Positions 12,501-20,976 of a stretch of DNA of 46,228 nucleotides are shown one piece after another. This DNA comes from a virus. Lineage: Duplodnaviria > Caudoviricetes. The notes under the pieces were generated by a model. It was not told the origin of the DNA. It did not search any database and worked only from the letters and a program-made list of their open reading frames with translations. A program made the position numbers and the translations under genes. Every line of letters starts with the position of its first letter. Position 1 is the stretch's first letter. The DNA is taken from IMG/VR virus record IMGVR_UViG_3300017754_002866, positions 1 through 46,228 of that record, one strand, 5' to 3'.

Positions 12501-15500
12501 ACTATCCACAGAAATTCACTAAAAAAGAATATGAATTCTCGAAGGCATTTGTAGATCTGTTTACTCCAATTAAGACTACAAGCGGATTGTCAGGAGGAGT
12601 TTCTACTGATCGGATTCCTGAGGTTTTGCACTTCATCAACAATTACAAAGAACCAGATGTAATAAACTCAACCGCTGCTATACGTAGTAAGTTCGAAGCC
12701 GTAGGTGCGACTGACTTTGATATTGCATATGGTGTAAATACAGCTCTGGCAAGTAGTCCAGATACGGTTCAGTATATTGATAATGGATCCATTTCTAGGT
12801 TACAAGCTGACCGGAATATCCTTAAATTAACAGGTATTCCTAATTACTCACGTGAGCCAACAGAGCGGTTTAGACATTTTGTATTTGGTAATGCAGCCAT
12901 CGCTGGTAAGGCAAATAAAAGTACATTGCAAAATATGTACAACAATATTACTGCTCAAATGCGTATGCTTGAAAATACAAACTCAAACAAGTTTAGGTCA
13001 AACACATTCACTGATCCGACAGTAATGCCTAACAATGAAGTACTCGATCCGTTAACCGGACGGGTTGATGACCTCATGCGTCAGTGGATGATGGCTTATT
13101 ACAATATTACTAACCTAAACACAAACCTACCGTTCTGGCAGTATCAATTTGTAAACAGTGTTACTCCACCTAGTAGTTATCCAAACGCTTCACAGACGAT
13201 GGAATATCACCGTGAGATTATGGAATTAACTCAACGTGTCATAAAGAAAATTGAGGATAACAGGCATAAAGTTCCGCCACTTGGGACTATTTGGTACACA
13301 GTTATTCGGCACGTTAAACTTGCCCAGAAGGATTTATCTAACGGCGTTAATGCCGCATACAATGAAGCTGATATCGTGCATTTGTCATGGGCTTCTCGTC
13401 GAGTAGAGCAAAACCGACAAGATCTAGAGTTGAACATTGCAAATATGCTTGGCTCGCAAAATGGATTTACTACAGATGATTGGAGAGCTAAACACACAGG
13501 GCACTTTGATAACACCAACTATGAAATTGGTGAGGTACGTGACCTTTATGATGTATCGCGCGATTGGTCAAAAGTTGGGTCACAGAAAGCAAATGAATCT
13601 ACTGATCAAAACCGTTTTGCATTACGTGTGCCTGAGTCTTTTATCAATGACAACATCAGTAACTCAACAGACAATCGTGTAGCAACTGTTTATAGCGACT
13701 ACATTTCAGAGCCATATATTGCAACAGGTGCGTTATTCCAAACCAATGAACCTGATGCAGGAATTACAGAGCCAGGGCAACCATCTGAAAGACCGAAGTC
13801 ATTTAAACGTAAAGCGTTTTTCTCAGCTCGTATCCCAACGAGTGCTGACTTTAAGTCGTTCTATAAAGAGTATGCTCGCATAGAGCATCAGTTTGCAGAT
13901 GACCCTGCCGGTATGAAGCGTGAGCTGAATAAACTCTACGCAGCTTACAGAGACATCATTAAAACGGCAATGCCACAGATATTGGACATCCTTGATAAGG
14001 CAGCTCGTCAAGAACGCCCAATGCTCAAGAGTCGTGACATTGAGTTTACTAAAGACCGCCAGGGTTATGTGCTTCGTAAGTGGAAGGGTCAAGACCTGAC
14101 CGCATTAACAGGTCGTGCTGACCTTGCTGGTACTGGCAATCCAAAGGAAATCCATAGTGTTCTTGCTAACATTGCTGGTAACAACTACCTAGTCAATGTC
14201 CAGACAGTCAGCAATAGCGTTCAGTTGTCATCCGTATTGCGTGAGCAATACAGGTTTGATCCAGATGCAGCTGATGGCGTAGCAGAAGTAGTAGACCGTT
14301 TTGCACGAGCCTGGGCACTCGAAAAGGTCAAGACTCAGACTGGTCGCTCACTAGATACTGTTGAACTTACTGGTAAGTTAGCTGCAAGTAAAGCGGCTAA
14401 GCTTCCGTCTTACAGCACGTCAAGTGAAGACTTACTGTTTAAGCGTATGGCACGTACTGAGCCTGAGATTCTTAAGGCAACAGCCGAGTATATGCGTGAG
14501 TTCTATCGTGAGCGATTTGCGGCTTTTGGCGTCATTGATAAAGCACATGACTTTGATAGCAAATACAAGGGTGCTATCTTCCGTGCTACGAAAAAGGATA
14601 GTCTTGCATTCAATATCATCGTAGGCTTTGCAAGCCGTGATCAATCGACTGGTATCCATGAGATTGCACACGCATTGCTACGTTCTATGACTAATGAAAT
14701 GCGAGGTGCAGTCATCAAGTCAATGATGGCACACAACGTACGTGTAACAGAAAACACAGACGCTGAAGGCAATGTCCGATTGCCGGTAGACATTGAGGAA
14801 ATGTGGGCTACTGCATTCGAAGCTAGTCTGATGCGTAAGCGTGTACCAGTTCAATATGGCGCTTACAACCCTAACGCTAAGAATCAAGCAGACCCAACCC
14901 TGGTAAAAGTATGGAACGATATTGGGGAATACCTTAGGGGCACCCATGAGATTGCTATCGCTAAACTTGAGAGCCAAGGAAAGGCTGTAGATGCCGAGGC
15001 TTATCAGCATAAAGTCCAATGGTATGCACCGCTTCGACCAGATCAACGACTGTTCAAGAAGATGGGTGTTGTCGCTAAGTTAAACGGCATTGATCGTCAT
15101 GCAACAGTAACAAAAGCACAGGCAACGATCGATTCACCTGTTGAAGTTTTGTTCGACAATGGCACGGCTGCAACTATTCAGCGGTCAGACATCATACGTC
15201 TTGGTGGCTGGACTGGCGGATTCAATGATGCAACGCTCGATGTCATCAGTAACTGGCTTGGTAGTTATTATGCCGATACTCCTGGAAAGCTCGGGCAACC
15301 TGACAAGCCAGGGCATCGTACAAAGATGCAGACATCATTCCCAGAGTTGTTTGCTGATTACGACCCAACCGTAATTAACATGGGACAGATAACTGGCAAA
15401 GCAACTGAAGCAGCTCGGTATCAAGAAGTTACCCCAGATGATGTTCATCAAGCTGTTTCTGCAATCTCGCCAATGTCAATGCAGGAATACACACGTCTTG

Positions 15501-18500
15501 TAAACGAAGGCATTATGCCTAAGATGCGAGATGGCAGATACCTAAGCATTGATAAACAAGTTGCGTTAGCACGAGCAACCATGGCAGAGAATATGGCATT
15601 TGATGGCAAGCCAAACTGGAATGCCGCTGTAATGTACGTTCCAACACTGGGTACTAACGCATCTGCTATTAAGAGTTTCACTGCATCAGACATGGTTACT
15701 AAGAGAGAGTTAGTTGAATTAGCACGACTACTTGACAACTCTTTGGATCCAGACGTTCTGTTCCATATGCTGTCAAGGCTTTCATCAGCCGGTATACCAA
15801 ACGTTCAGCAAGTGTTTTTTGACAGCACAGGAAAAGGTAAGGCTTTAAGAGTACCTGTCACTTATGCACCAACACTGGCTGCTATTGGGAAAATGCGACA
15901 AGACGGAATGTCTCTTGCATTTGCAAGTCAAATCTTTGCCAACAAGATAGACAAGTCTGTCACCGAAACTTACATAACTCCAGATGAATTTGACACGATT
16001 TCCATGCAAGTTATGGGAGTCAAATATTCAGATCGTGACGTAAGACGTATCTTTAACGATTTGAATTTGATTCCACATCTTGTCAGAGATAAACGAACAA
16101 ATGCATACGCATTCTTACCTCAACACGTAACTATACTTAAGGCAGTATCAGAAGCACGTAAACAGCAAGTTAGTGAATTCGAGGGAGCTGGACTTAAGTC
16201 TGGTCAAACCTATAAGGTCGGACCATCATGGGCAAAAATTAAAGAACGTCTCATAAACAATGGAGATTTTGTAACTGCATACAATTACATCGTTAACCAC
16301 CCGCAGTACGTTTCTAAGGGACGCGAATTAACACTAACGCCATTGACTCAACACGGTGATAAAAAATCCTTCCACGGAAACTCTTATTCCGATGTTGAAT
16401 CTACCGGGTTGTTCCAGACTAATGACCAACCAGCTCACCCTAGCACTAAGATTGCATCCTTGTCATCGGACAATCAAATCCGTACGGCATTGGCAACAAT
16501 CATAGGCCAGGGTCGTGTTCAGTACGATGGTAAACAGATATCGGCTGTAATGGATCGCAACGGTAACAAGTCAAATGTCCACAGGCTATTGACTAAGGTA
16601 CATGGTTACGACCAACGTACAGCTTTAGGTTTGTACGCCATGACTGAAACAGCAGACTTTAAAAAGTGGTCTGGCTCTCATCCTATTATTGAGTCTGTAT
16701 CTAATGAGGATGTACGTCCTGACACCTCAATTAGTCAGATGACGTCTTACCAGAGAACTGACGTTCGAAGGTATCTATCTGGCAAGGCAGTACTTGCGGT
16801 ACTCAACAACGCTTCCGTTAATCCAATAACAGACAACGATGTTGAGACAATGGCAATCCATCTACAGGATTACTACCGTTCGTCAAATTACACTGTTGGT
16901 CAACTGACCGAACAGATCAATGATTTGTTTAATAGCCCAGAATCCCTGATTGCATTCCAGACGTCTATTGAAAATGAATTGCGTGGACCGCAATTCGACA
17001 ACGTACGTAATGTAATGCGTTCGGCTGATGACTATGTGTTCGCAGCTCAGACTCCTCGCACGGGCAAGGGAATAGTAACCCTCGCAATGGACCCATCTGG
17101 TTCTGCCAGATACCTGACTTCACTTAAGGGTTATGTGATGCCATCTGGTGTCACTGCAATGGATGGCAATGGTCTATCCGCAAACTACATCCGATTGGAC
17201 AACCCTCAAGTTAAGGACATGAAGGGTAAAGGTATTACAGCACCCCAGGTTGAGGCTATGTTAGATAACGCTGTGAAAGCCAAGCGTGATGGCCTCATTT
17301 TGCTAAACGTCAACCATACAGTTGGTGGGAACGCTGTACTACATAACATTGTCATCCCTCGCAACAAACACTCACTGCGCCCAATTGATGTACATCCAAA
17401 GGTCAGCTTGGCAAGTTACTTCAGTGGTGGTGGATTACTTGAAGTAGGGTCCAAGACATTTGCTGTACCTGCTCTTGCCGTTGAATACGACAAGAAAATT
17501 GCACGTGTATACGCAGAGAACCACGGCGATCATGTACTAGCTACGGATGTATTGAGCATTGATCCAGAATCACTCAAGGGTGTTCAATGGTTCCACGCTT
17601 CACCTGTCTGCACAGATGTATCTAACGCAAAGACAGTTGGTCGTATAGCTGGTGCGGATAGGTCAACGGATAGAGACCGTGACTTTGCACGTGCAGTTGC
17701 TCGTGTAATCCAGACAGCTAAACCACCAATTGTTACCATTGAAAACACTGAAGCATATGCTCGTACCAGTGCACTCAAAATCATTACCGATGCACTAGAA
17801 GGTTATACGTATGACATAGGCGTCTACAATGCTAAAGACTACGGTAGCCCAACAGATCGCAAGCGATTGTTTGTACGTGCAATGTTGATGCCATCCAATG
17901 GTGTATTGCCTCCTGTTCCAGGGAAGCACGTTACTCAGCGTTCGTGGATGGATGCTATTCAGGACATCCTGCCTTCAATGCCTGTTGACATCAATCCACA
18001 GGTCAATAAACGTATGACCGAAAGTCTGCGTAGGAATGGCATGGACTGGAACAATGTTCCATACCCAGTACTTGTGCAACAAACGCAAAACTGGGTGCCA
18101 CGTGGACCAGATAAACCTGCACCAACAATTGTGGCAAGTGATGGTCAGATGTTCCGAGTAGTCATGCCAGGTGGATTGGTATACAAGCTGAATAAAGATG
18201 CTGTACGCAGACTGCAAGGTCTGCCTGATGACTTTGTGCTACCTAACACTCATGGGTTTGCACAGAAGATTATCGGCAATGGCATTCCTCCACAGTTGAC
18301 TCACGCCTTGGTTAGCCCTTTGGTTAAGAATCACATTGATGGTCGTATCCGTGCGGCAGCAGATGGCTTTGCTAATGCTCAAGAACCTGCACTCTTCAAT
18401 ACAGCTTATGACCCGGTAAACCCTAGTAGGTCATACAAGTATGTGGAGACACATGAGGATGCACCGGGCGCTCCGTACTACGTTCAACGTATTACTCCTC

Positions 18501-20200
18501 GATCCGCACCAACAACGCATGGTCGGTTGTGGAATGTACTTGACCAAATCAATGACATTAGCCGCCTTGTTCTTTCAGGTGACCTTGCATTCGCTACACT
18601 TCAGGCCGGTATTATCGGTTTGTCTAATCCACGTGTTGGCATCAAGGCATTCTGGGCTGGACTCCATGGGTTTGCTCCAAACCTACAGATTGAACTTGGT
18701 GGCCAGAAGTACGGTTACGGAAAGATTGGTCGTGAAGTGTTCCATAAGATCGGCGATGGAATGCGCGCTCATCCGCTATACAACGTAGCACGGGAAGCTG
18801 GCTTACCGTTGTCTATGTTTGAGATTGATGACCGTGTAATGATTCGTAAAGAAGAATTACTGCACAACCTACGCGAGACCAACCCTGAAGCAACTATCGA
18901 CGATATCGAAATTGACTTGATGGATATCGATGAGTTGGGTGCTAACGACGAATGGTATATGAAGGGTCGCTTTACTCAGCACTTGCCAATGCAAGGGCAG
19001 TTCGAGCGATTCAACGTAATCATGCATGACACAGTATTGTTGACGCAGTTCGATAACTGGACAAAGGTGCTTCTCAGTAAAGGTTATGAACCTGGCACAG
19101 AGAAGTTCAACAATGCTCTCAAAGATGCAGCTCGTATTCTGTCTGTCGCAATCGGTGACGTAAAGTATTCAACTGATACTCAGAAGGATGCTACTGCATC
19201 ACGATTTGCCAAGGTTCTTTTCACTGCTCCTCGATGGCTTATGAGCCGTGCACTCATTGACCCAATGCTCAATCCAATCTTGAGTAACTCTGCTATTTTC
19301 AGTAAGTTGCGTGAGGTTATGGGCGAAGATAACCCGGCATTCAATCTGTACGCTGGCAATAAAGATGTATCTTTAATGGGTCAGAGTATGTGGTGGCGGT
19401 TAGCTGGTGCACAACTAGCATTGATTGTTATGGCATTGATTTATCAGAACTGGAACCCTGACGTTGAGGTTGACCTTGTGCGTAATCCGTTACGTGTACG
19501 CGTAGGCGATTTCAGGATGGATCCAGTCGCTGGCCAGTTCGACCATGCTAAACTCGCACTACGCCTGGCTACCGCCTTGTTGACTACAGACCAAACTGTT
19601 CTCAAGAAAGCTGAGCGTGAAGGTATCCCTCTATGGCTATACCAAATGAAGGACGTAACAAAGGAGATGCAGTACAAGATGTCTCCAATGTTGAATACAG
19701 CGTTGTCAATGCTTGGAGGTAACGACTATCAGGGATTCTATAACGATCCGTTTGGTGCTGTTATGTCTGGTCGGTCGTTGTCGGTTGTTGGCTCTGGTTA
19801 CTTCAATCAATCAGATACAGCACAAACGTTCTATGACACAATGCTTAAACCAAGTGTGGAAGCGATGTTTGGTAAGAAGGCAGCAGATAGCGTTACCCTG
19901 AGTAATGCAATCGTTGAGCGTATGCCAACACTATTTCCGCAGATGTTTGATGCAATGGAACGTGCAATGGACTACGATAGACCTGTTGCAGCTTACGTCC
20001 TAGCTAACACCATTCCGAACTGGATTGGACTTAAGGTTGAGATTGCACCGGCTGAAGAACTAAAGAACCGCATCAGAAATAAGAATGCAGTATCTGCTGA
20101 AGAAAGCCCAACAATCGTCAAGCTTCTCTCGCAAGGACGTGTCAAGGAACTATTCACTGGTACGAAGAAGGTAGAACAACCATTATGGGGACTCCAGTAG
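6548..20200 (+). CDS. Giant (4550 aa) polyvalent internal virion protein with embedded C5 DNA methyltransferase and zincin-like domains
   Basis: Uninterrupted 13.6 kb ORF, last of the ejection-type cluster. Contains an N-terminal glycine zipper, a GTQWC motif (~10529), HEIAH (14657-14671), C5-MTase motifs (17400-18330) and a helical C-terminal domain. Confidence 0.8.
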   Translation: MDSSKRFSTPWSDLPLSERARIAANAPNVNSKAGMTRALFEATKFDDQLYSKQFEQTFNQAKAAGLIDRADAREIEKYRTNRVVELYNEGKGRYFVGREFRPDLTEDIIAEQHTDIKADLRNAMDFERNQRFPYELKQMGYDPQDFNRFVNDKSGYRDLPLAGRVEIPFLSQSFKQDPLKEIGIGMYQSGRIAAGIEEGALTPFEAIGRRMLGQDPGQALRETGNPLIDSGQIMGESAVNRAATIPYGILGSRILTPGASALFGAAATGLGSALGGAKMGARFGPVGSILGGVMGGIAGMVGGSMAGEFANEKIADLALGRDANAQLKATRESLQTQYPFATRVGEEAPDLAMFGPSLNVKGFSAKKALSGIKQAGLPGAIKGVRNQNEMISDLSERFGEGAMNVVFAARQSDREKANGGPGKTAWDILAEGAMGVIMQGETRLGQKVYGGLNNKIDTMSQAALTRMAKRLPIEPGAAPKPVTRMPEGMMRINLGGRLQSATDAQGNPVIKGARYAVYDPAKRKAYIYTDNDFALAGERTKAAAFSLGGTDNVFRRNPILTYSDKGTGSERMILGITRDAGVVVRDINPTGQSTVSVVPVSEIRNEPINKRLIESMASQGVKPNPAPAPFMPDVFTNADKSVFPDTVSLDSNFQAIPARVVSKLGGKATNAYMVALPDGTHIRVNGAMINTKGAEPIVRGKISEDMFPQSLSDLMPQRKPFERHVRIGTGDDETRLQLTEAGFGKAWRQVGEKFAGARQAILREPDAQKREIAIDMLHNQIANEIDKAGLFTPPTLDIKPGSVIQIQMPSSGPFTGQQRMQDAIVVGKNRYGHEVILPNYQQFGTFTISDADVDPASALMAAMDISPEAKVPVSTKGEIQPPKQKQTREGANLEESPQESENAKYVDYQTQPDTIRKKIDEAVGQLFTSDESPIGRTVEVNDASEDTHIHARVTMHNPGRITYHLRTTEFDPASRAQKDQYVTTYEALYDPDKDEWSISSVSPSSVSIPSSMEIEAALWNIGDLAKLSPTDYSTWFKDNNYKFKSKTEETIYQAGFRFATFLQAKYGDTFIKKDTKTVQDLDNAAAQWRDQQFSPIVNMASRYDDASFRRQNFWSLVNNYGSGNLTFPTVLIDPNKLTIDRWIVNPNTGQPYPTDTDLDMALIPDSAETLMRSSERRPTFANSNDPTNFLGRHMIRVNAQRAIGTIDNYTVVDKAVKAGRIPEFVASAILAESIKVGYRTTNANGQINVRSIAIDAKNDMVPVVLTNAVLVNAGKKLMAGTPAKDALYQAYTEWIQSSEPTDKKNGWIVLPKRAGSAAAGQLQKLTAGTQWCVGQKGLGYDASYRRSGDFHIYMENGRALIGIGKQYEGANWEIHGDGPGQSLTPYDRMVSDKYIASGAIPGWQGKSDGTPIINSLVAIYKSVTDGSVSTQDKYAAIKDITQRLEGKVVGKLDLPNDVYLTQMDNLIGNVDSDSRHIIAKLNNIQNFRDIVFKEINAELAKEKQLLGLNDFLNKYLGDSYSNEIILDPQELDFQNLIKYVENAPRMRSNLVVIDANNGKKSVDFNQWVTGFEKLEFKNFRLEIPSTVDPYILERTNARESTFVFDYDGKNSVFLTLKLTTNLPRRIENFRGRFNVGERLHYGDKLFFKNSVFDMASTQKWANPFVPEISLDGATLRLPTGHNMSFGEIRLAGSPSKIDLYETADIRKVFNYNNSVVSFDNVNSKETGIKNYYGIDPVFETSWVRGDRKFADYFHTAVDDKSLYYLLPNGEQPKVIDIDNGFAGQIETYAVEGQIINLVVSGDRPSVGISNVSNFFDYPALNRPPAVMVNLIADNSRTINIIAPPAPQKAINFTVGKDVKNVYIEKSNGASWNVVNPKDAEFVSYGYIHRFVDSRFNSKQTINTVDVTNNIIDMTAMNSINEDLTDSMANENVTKMLSNGRNRYFDYQTIFNGLLPKDTVIPFGTTLTLDRTLSLPIDQIRYDLENYPQKFTKKEYEFSKAFVDLFTPIKTTSGLSGGVSTDRIPEVLHFINNYKEPDVINSTAAIRSKFEAVGATDFDIAYGVNTALASSPDTVQYIDNGSISRLQADRNILKLTGIPNYSREPTERFRHFVFGNAAIAGKANKSTLQNMYNNITAQMRMLENTNSNKFRSNTFTDPTVMPNNEVLDPLTGRVDDLMRQWMMAYYNITNLNTNLPFWQYQFVNSVTPPSSYPNASQTMEYHREIMELTQRVIKKIEDNRHKVPPLGTIWYTVIRHVKLAQKDLSNGVNAAYNEADIVHLSWASRRVEQNRQDLELNIANMLGSQNGFTTDDWRAKHTGHFDNTNYEIGEVRDLYDVSRDWSKVGSQKANESTDQNRFALRVPESFINDNISNSTDNRVATVYSDYISEPYIATGALFQTNEPDAGITEPGQPSERPKSFKRKAFFSARIPTSADFKSFYKEYARIEHQFADDPAGMKRELNKLYAAYRDIIKTAMPQILDILDKAARQERPMLKSRDIEFTKDRQGYVLRKWKGQDLTALTGRADLAGTGNPKEIHSVLANIAGNNYLVNVQTVSNSVQLSSVLREQYRFDPDAADGVAEVVDRFARAWALEKVKTQTGRSLDTVELTGKLAASKAAKLPSYSTSSEDLLFKRMARTEPEILKATAEYMREFYRERFAAFGVIDKAHDFDSKYKGAIFRATKKDSLAFNIIVGFASRDQSTGIHEIAHALLRSMTNEMRGAVIKSMMAHNVRVTENTDAEGNVRLPVDIEEMWATAFEASLMRKRVPVQYGAYNPNAKNQADPTLVKVWNDIGEYLRGTHEIAIAKLESQGKAVDAEAYQHKVQWYAPLRPDQRLFKKMGVVAKLNGIDRHATVTKAQATIDSPVEVLFDNGTAATIQRSDIIRLGGWTGGFNDATLDVISNWLGSYYADTPGKLGQPDKPGHRTKMQTSFPELFADYDPTVINMGQITGKATEAARYQEVTPDDVHQAVSAISPMSMQEYTRLVNEGIMPKMRDGRYLSIDKQVALARATMAENMAFDGKPNWNAAVMYVPTLGTNASAIKSFTASDMVTKRELVELARLLDNSLDPDVLFHMLSRLSSAGIPNVQQVFFDSTGKGKALRVPVTYAPTLAAIGKMRQDGMSLAFASQIFANKIDKSVTETYITPDEFDTISMQVMGVKYSDRDVRRIFNDLNLIPHLVRDKRTNAYAFLPQHVTILKAVSEARKQQVSEFEGAGLKSGQTYKVGPSWAKIKERLINNGDFVTAYNYIVNHPQYVSKGRELTLTPLTQHGDKKSFHGNSYSDVESTGLFQTNDQPAHPSTKIASLSSDNQIRTALATIIGQGRVQYDGKQISAVMDRNGNKSNVHRLLTKVHGYDQRTALGLYAMTETADFKKWSGSHPIIESVSNEDVRPDTSISQMTSYQRTDVRRYLSGKAVLAVLNNASVNPITDNDVETMAIHLQDYYRSSNYTVGQLTEQINDLFNSPESLIAFQTSIENELRGPQFDNVRNVMRSADDYVFAAQTPRTGKGIVTLAMDPSGSARYLTSLKGYVMPSGVTAMDGNGLSANYIRLDNPQVKDMKGKGITAPQVEAMLDNAVKAKRDGLILLNVNHTVGGNAVLHNIVIPRNKHSLRPIDVHPKVSLASYFSGGGLLEVGSKTFAVPALAVEYDKKIARVYAENHGDHVLATDVLSIDPESLKGVQWFHASPVCTDVSNAKTVGRIAGADRSTDRDRDFARAVARVIQTAKPPIVTIENTEAYARTSALKIITDALEGYTYDIGVYNAKDYGSPTDRKRLFVRAMLMPSNGVLPPVPGKHVTQRSWMDAIQDILPSMPVDINPQVNKRMTESLRRNGMDWNNVPYPVLVQQTQNWVPRGPDKPAPTIVASDGQMFRVVMPGGLVYKLNKDAVRRLQGLPDDFVLPNTHGFAQKIIGNGIPPQLTHALVSPLVKNHIDGRIRAAADGFANAQEPALFNTAYDPVNPSRSYKYVETHEDAPGAPYYVQRITPRSAPTTHGRLWNVLDQINDISRLVLSGDLAFATLQAGIIGLSNPRVGIKAFWAGLHGFAPNLQIELGGQKYGYGKIGREVFHKIGDGMRAHPLYNVAREAGLPLSMFEIDDRVMIRKEELLHNLRETNPEATIDDIEIDLMDIDELGANDEWYMKGRFTQHLPMQGQFERFNVIMHDTVLLTQFDNWTKVLLSKGYEPGTEKFNNALKDAARILSVAIGDVKYSTDTQKDATASRFAKVLFTAPRWLMSRALIDPMLNPILSNSAIFSKLREVMGEDNPAFNLYAGNKDVSLMGQSMWWRLAGAQLALIVMALIYQNWNPDVEVDLVRNPLRVRVGDFRMDPVAGQFDHAKLALRLATALLTTDQTVLKKAEREGIPLWLYQMKDVTKEMQYKMSPMLNTALSMLGGNDYQGFYNDPFGAVMSGRSLSVVGSGYFNQSDTAQTFYDTMLKPSVEAMFGKKAADSVTLSNAIVERMPTLFPQMFDAMERAMDYDRPVAAYVLANTIPNWIGLKVEIAPAEELKNRIRNKNAVSAEESPTIVKLLSQGRVKELFTGTKKVEQPLWGLQ
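17400..18330 (+). other. C5 cytosine DNA methyltransferase domain within the giant protein
   Basis: Motifs in canonical order: I YFSGGG, II AVEYD, III TDV, IV HASPVC (Cys codon 17609-17611), VI IENT, VIII YNAKDYGSPTDRKRLF, IX RRLQGLPDDF, X IIGNGIPP. Confidence 0.85.
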
Positions 20201-20976
20201 AACTGTATAACTTAGCCAAGGGGTATGTCGGAACTGAAGAACAGCCCCTTGGTAGTAATCGAGGGTTGTTGATCGACCGATGGAATCACAGAGTAGGTGC
20301 ACCACTAGGAAGCTTTTGGTGTGCCAGCTTTGTGTCAGCAATGACGCGAGACTTTGCACTCGCTAATGACATTACGTTTCCGCTGAGTCCATCCGCATCC
20401 TGTGATGACTGGTTGATGCAGGCCAGACGTAAGAACTGCCTATCCTCTTATCCAGCCCCAGGTGCATTAGGTTTGATTCTCAGCCCGTCGAATTCTAACG
20501 ATGCTACACATATCTTTGTCCTTGGCCCGAAGACTGGTGATGTCTACCCATCTGTTGAGGGGAACAGTAACAGTGGCGGTAGTCGCAATGGATATAGCGT
20601 AGCGGAGCGCAAGAATCACTTAGCAGGTCGTAATGCCAGCCGTGTCGTGTATATCCATTGGTGGGAGTTACTAGACGAAGAGGACGGATGGCAGGTAAAG
20701 ATTGGCGAGACGTTGATTGATGGATATCTAGCCAGCAACAGTGTCTATATCCCACTTCGGAGAACACTAACAGTTCTTGAGGGCACAGATAAAGGGCTTA
20801 CCTATGATGGTAAACCAATGATTCACGGCAAAGCTGTGAAGGCAGAGATGGTGGTACATGAGGGCAAGACATATGTCAATGCTCGATCCTTCCTAAACGA
20901 ATTTGGTCTACCATTCGAAGTCAAACCGCAAATCAAAGTAATCGAGGTCGATCATGAAAAGCCATCCTGGATTTAA
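20185..20976 (+). CDS. Endolysin: CHAP-type peptidase with C-terminal copper-amine-oxidase-N-like (stalk) domain
   Basis: CHAP motifs FWCASFVS, ATHIFV, SVEGNS. C-terminal VYIPLR...TYVNAR repeats resemble CuAO-N/stalk domains. Confidence 0.75.
   Translation: MGTPVELYNLAKGYVGTEEQPLGSNRGLLIDRWNHRVGAPLGSFWCASFVSAMTRDFALANDITFPLSPSASCDDWLMQARRKNCLSSYPAPGALGLILSPSNSNDATHIFVLGPKTGDVYPSVEGNSNSGGSRNGYSVAERKNHLAGRNASRVVYIHWWELLDEEDGWQVKIGETLIDGYLASNSVYIPLRRTLTVLEGTDKGLTYDGKPMIHGKAVKAEMVVHEGKTYVNARSFLNEFGLPFEVKPQIKVIEVDHEKPSWI

Noticed and set aside
12713-12727. DFDIA in the giant protein as a crAss-like virion RNA polymerase motif (DFDID)
   Set aside because: The third Asp is missing, and I saw no other multi-subunit or N4/T7-type RNAP motifs.
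367-19901. Numerous short antisense or alternate-frame ORFs inside the virion genes
   Set aside because: Shadow ORFs of long genes with biased codon usage; no motifs or translation signals.
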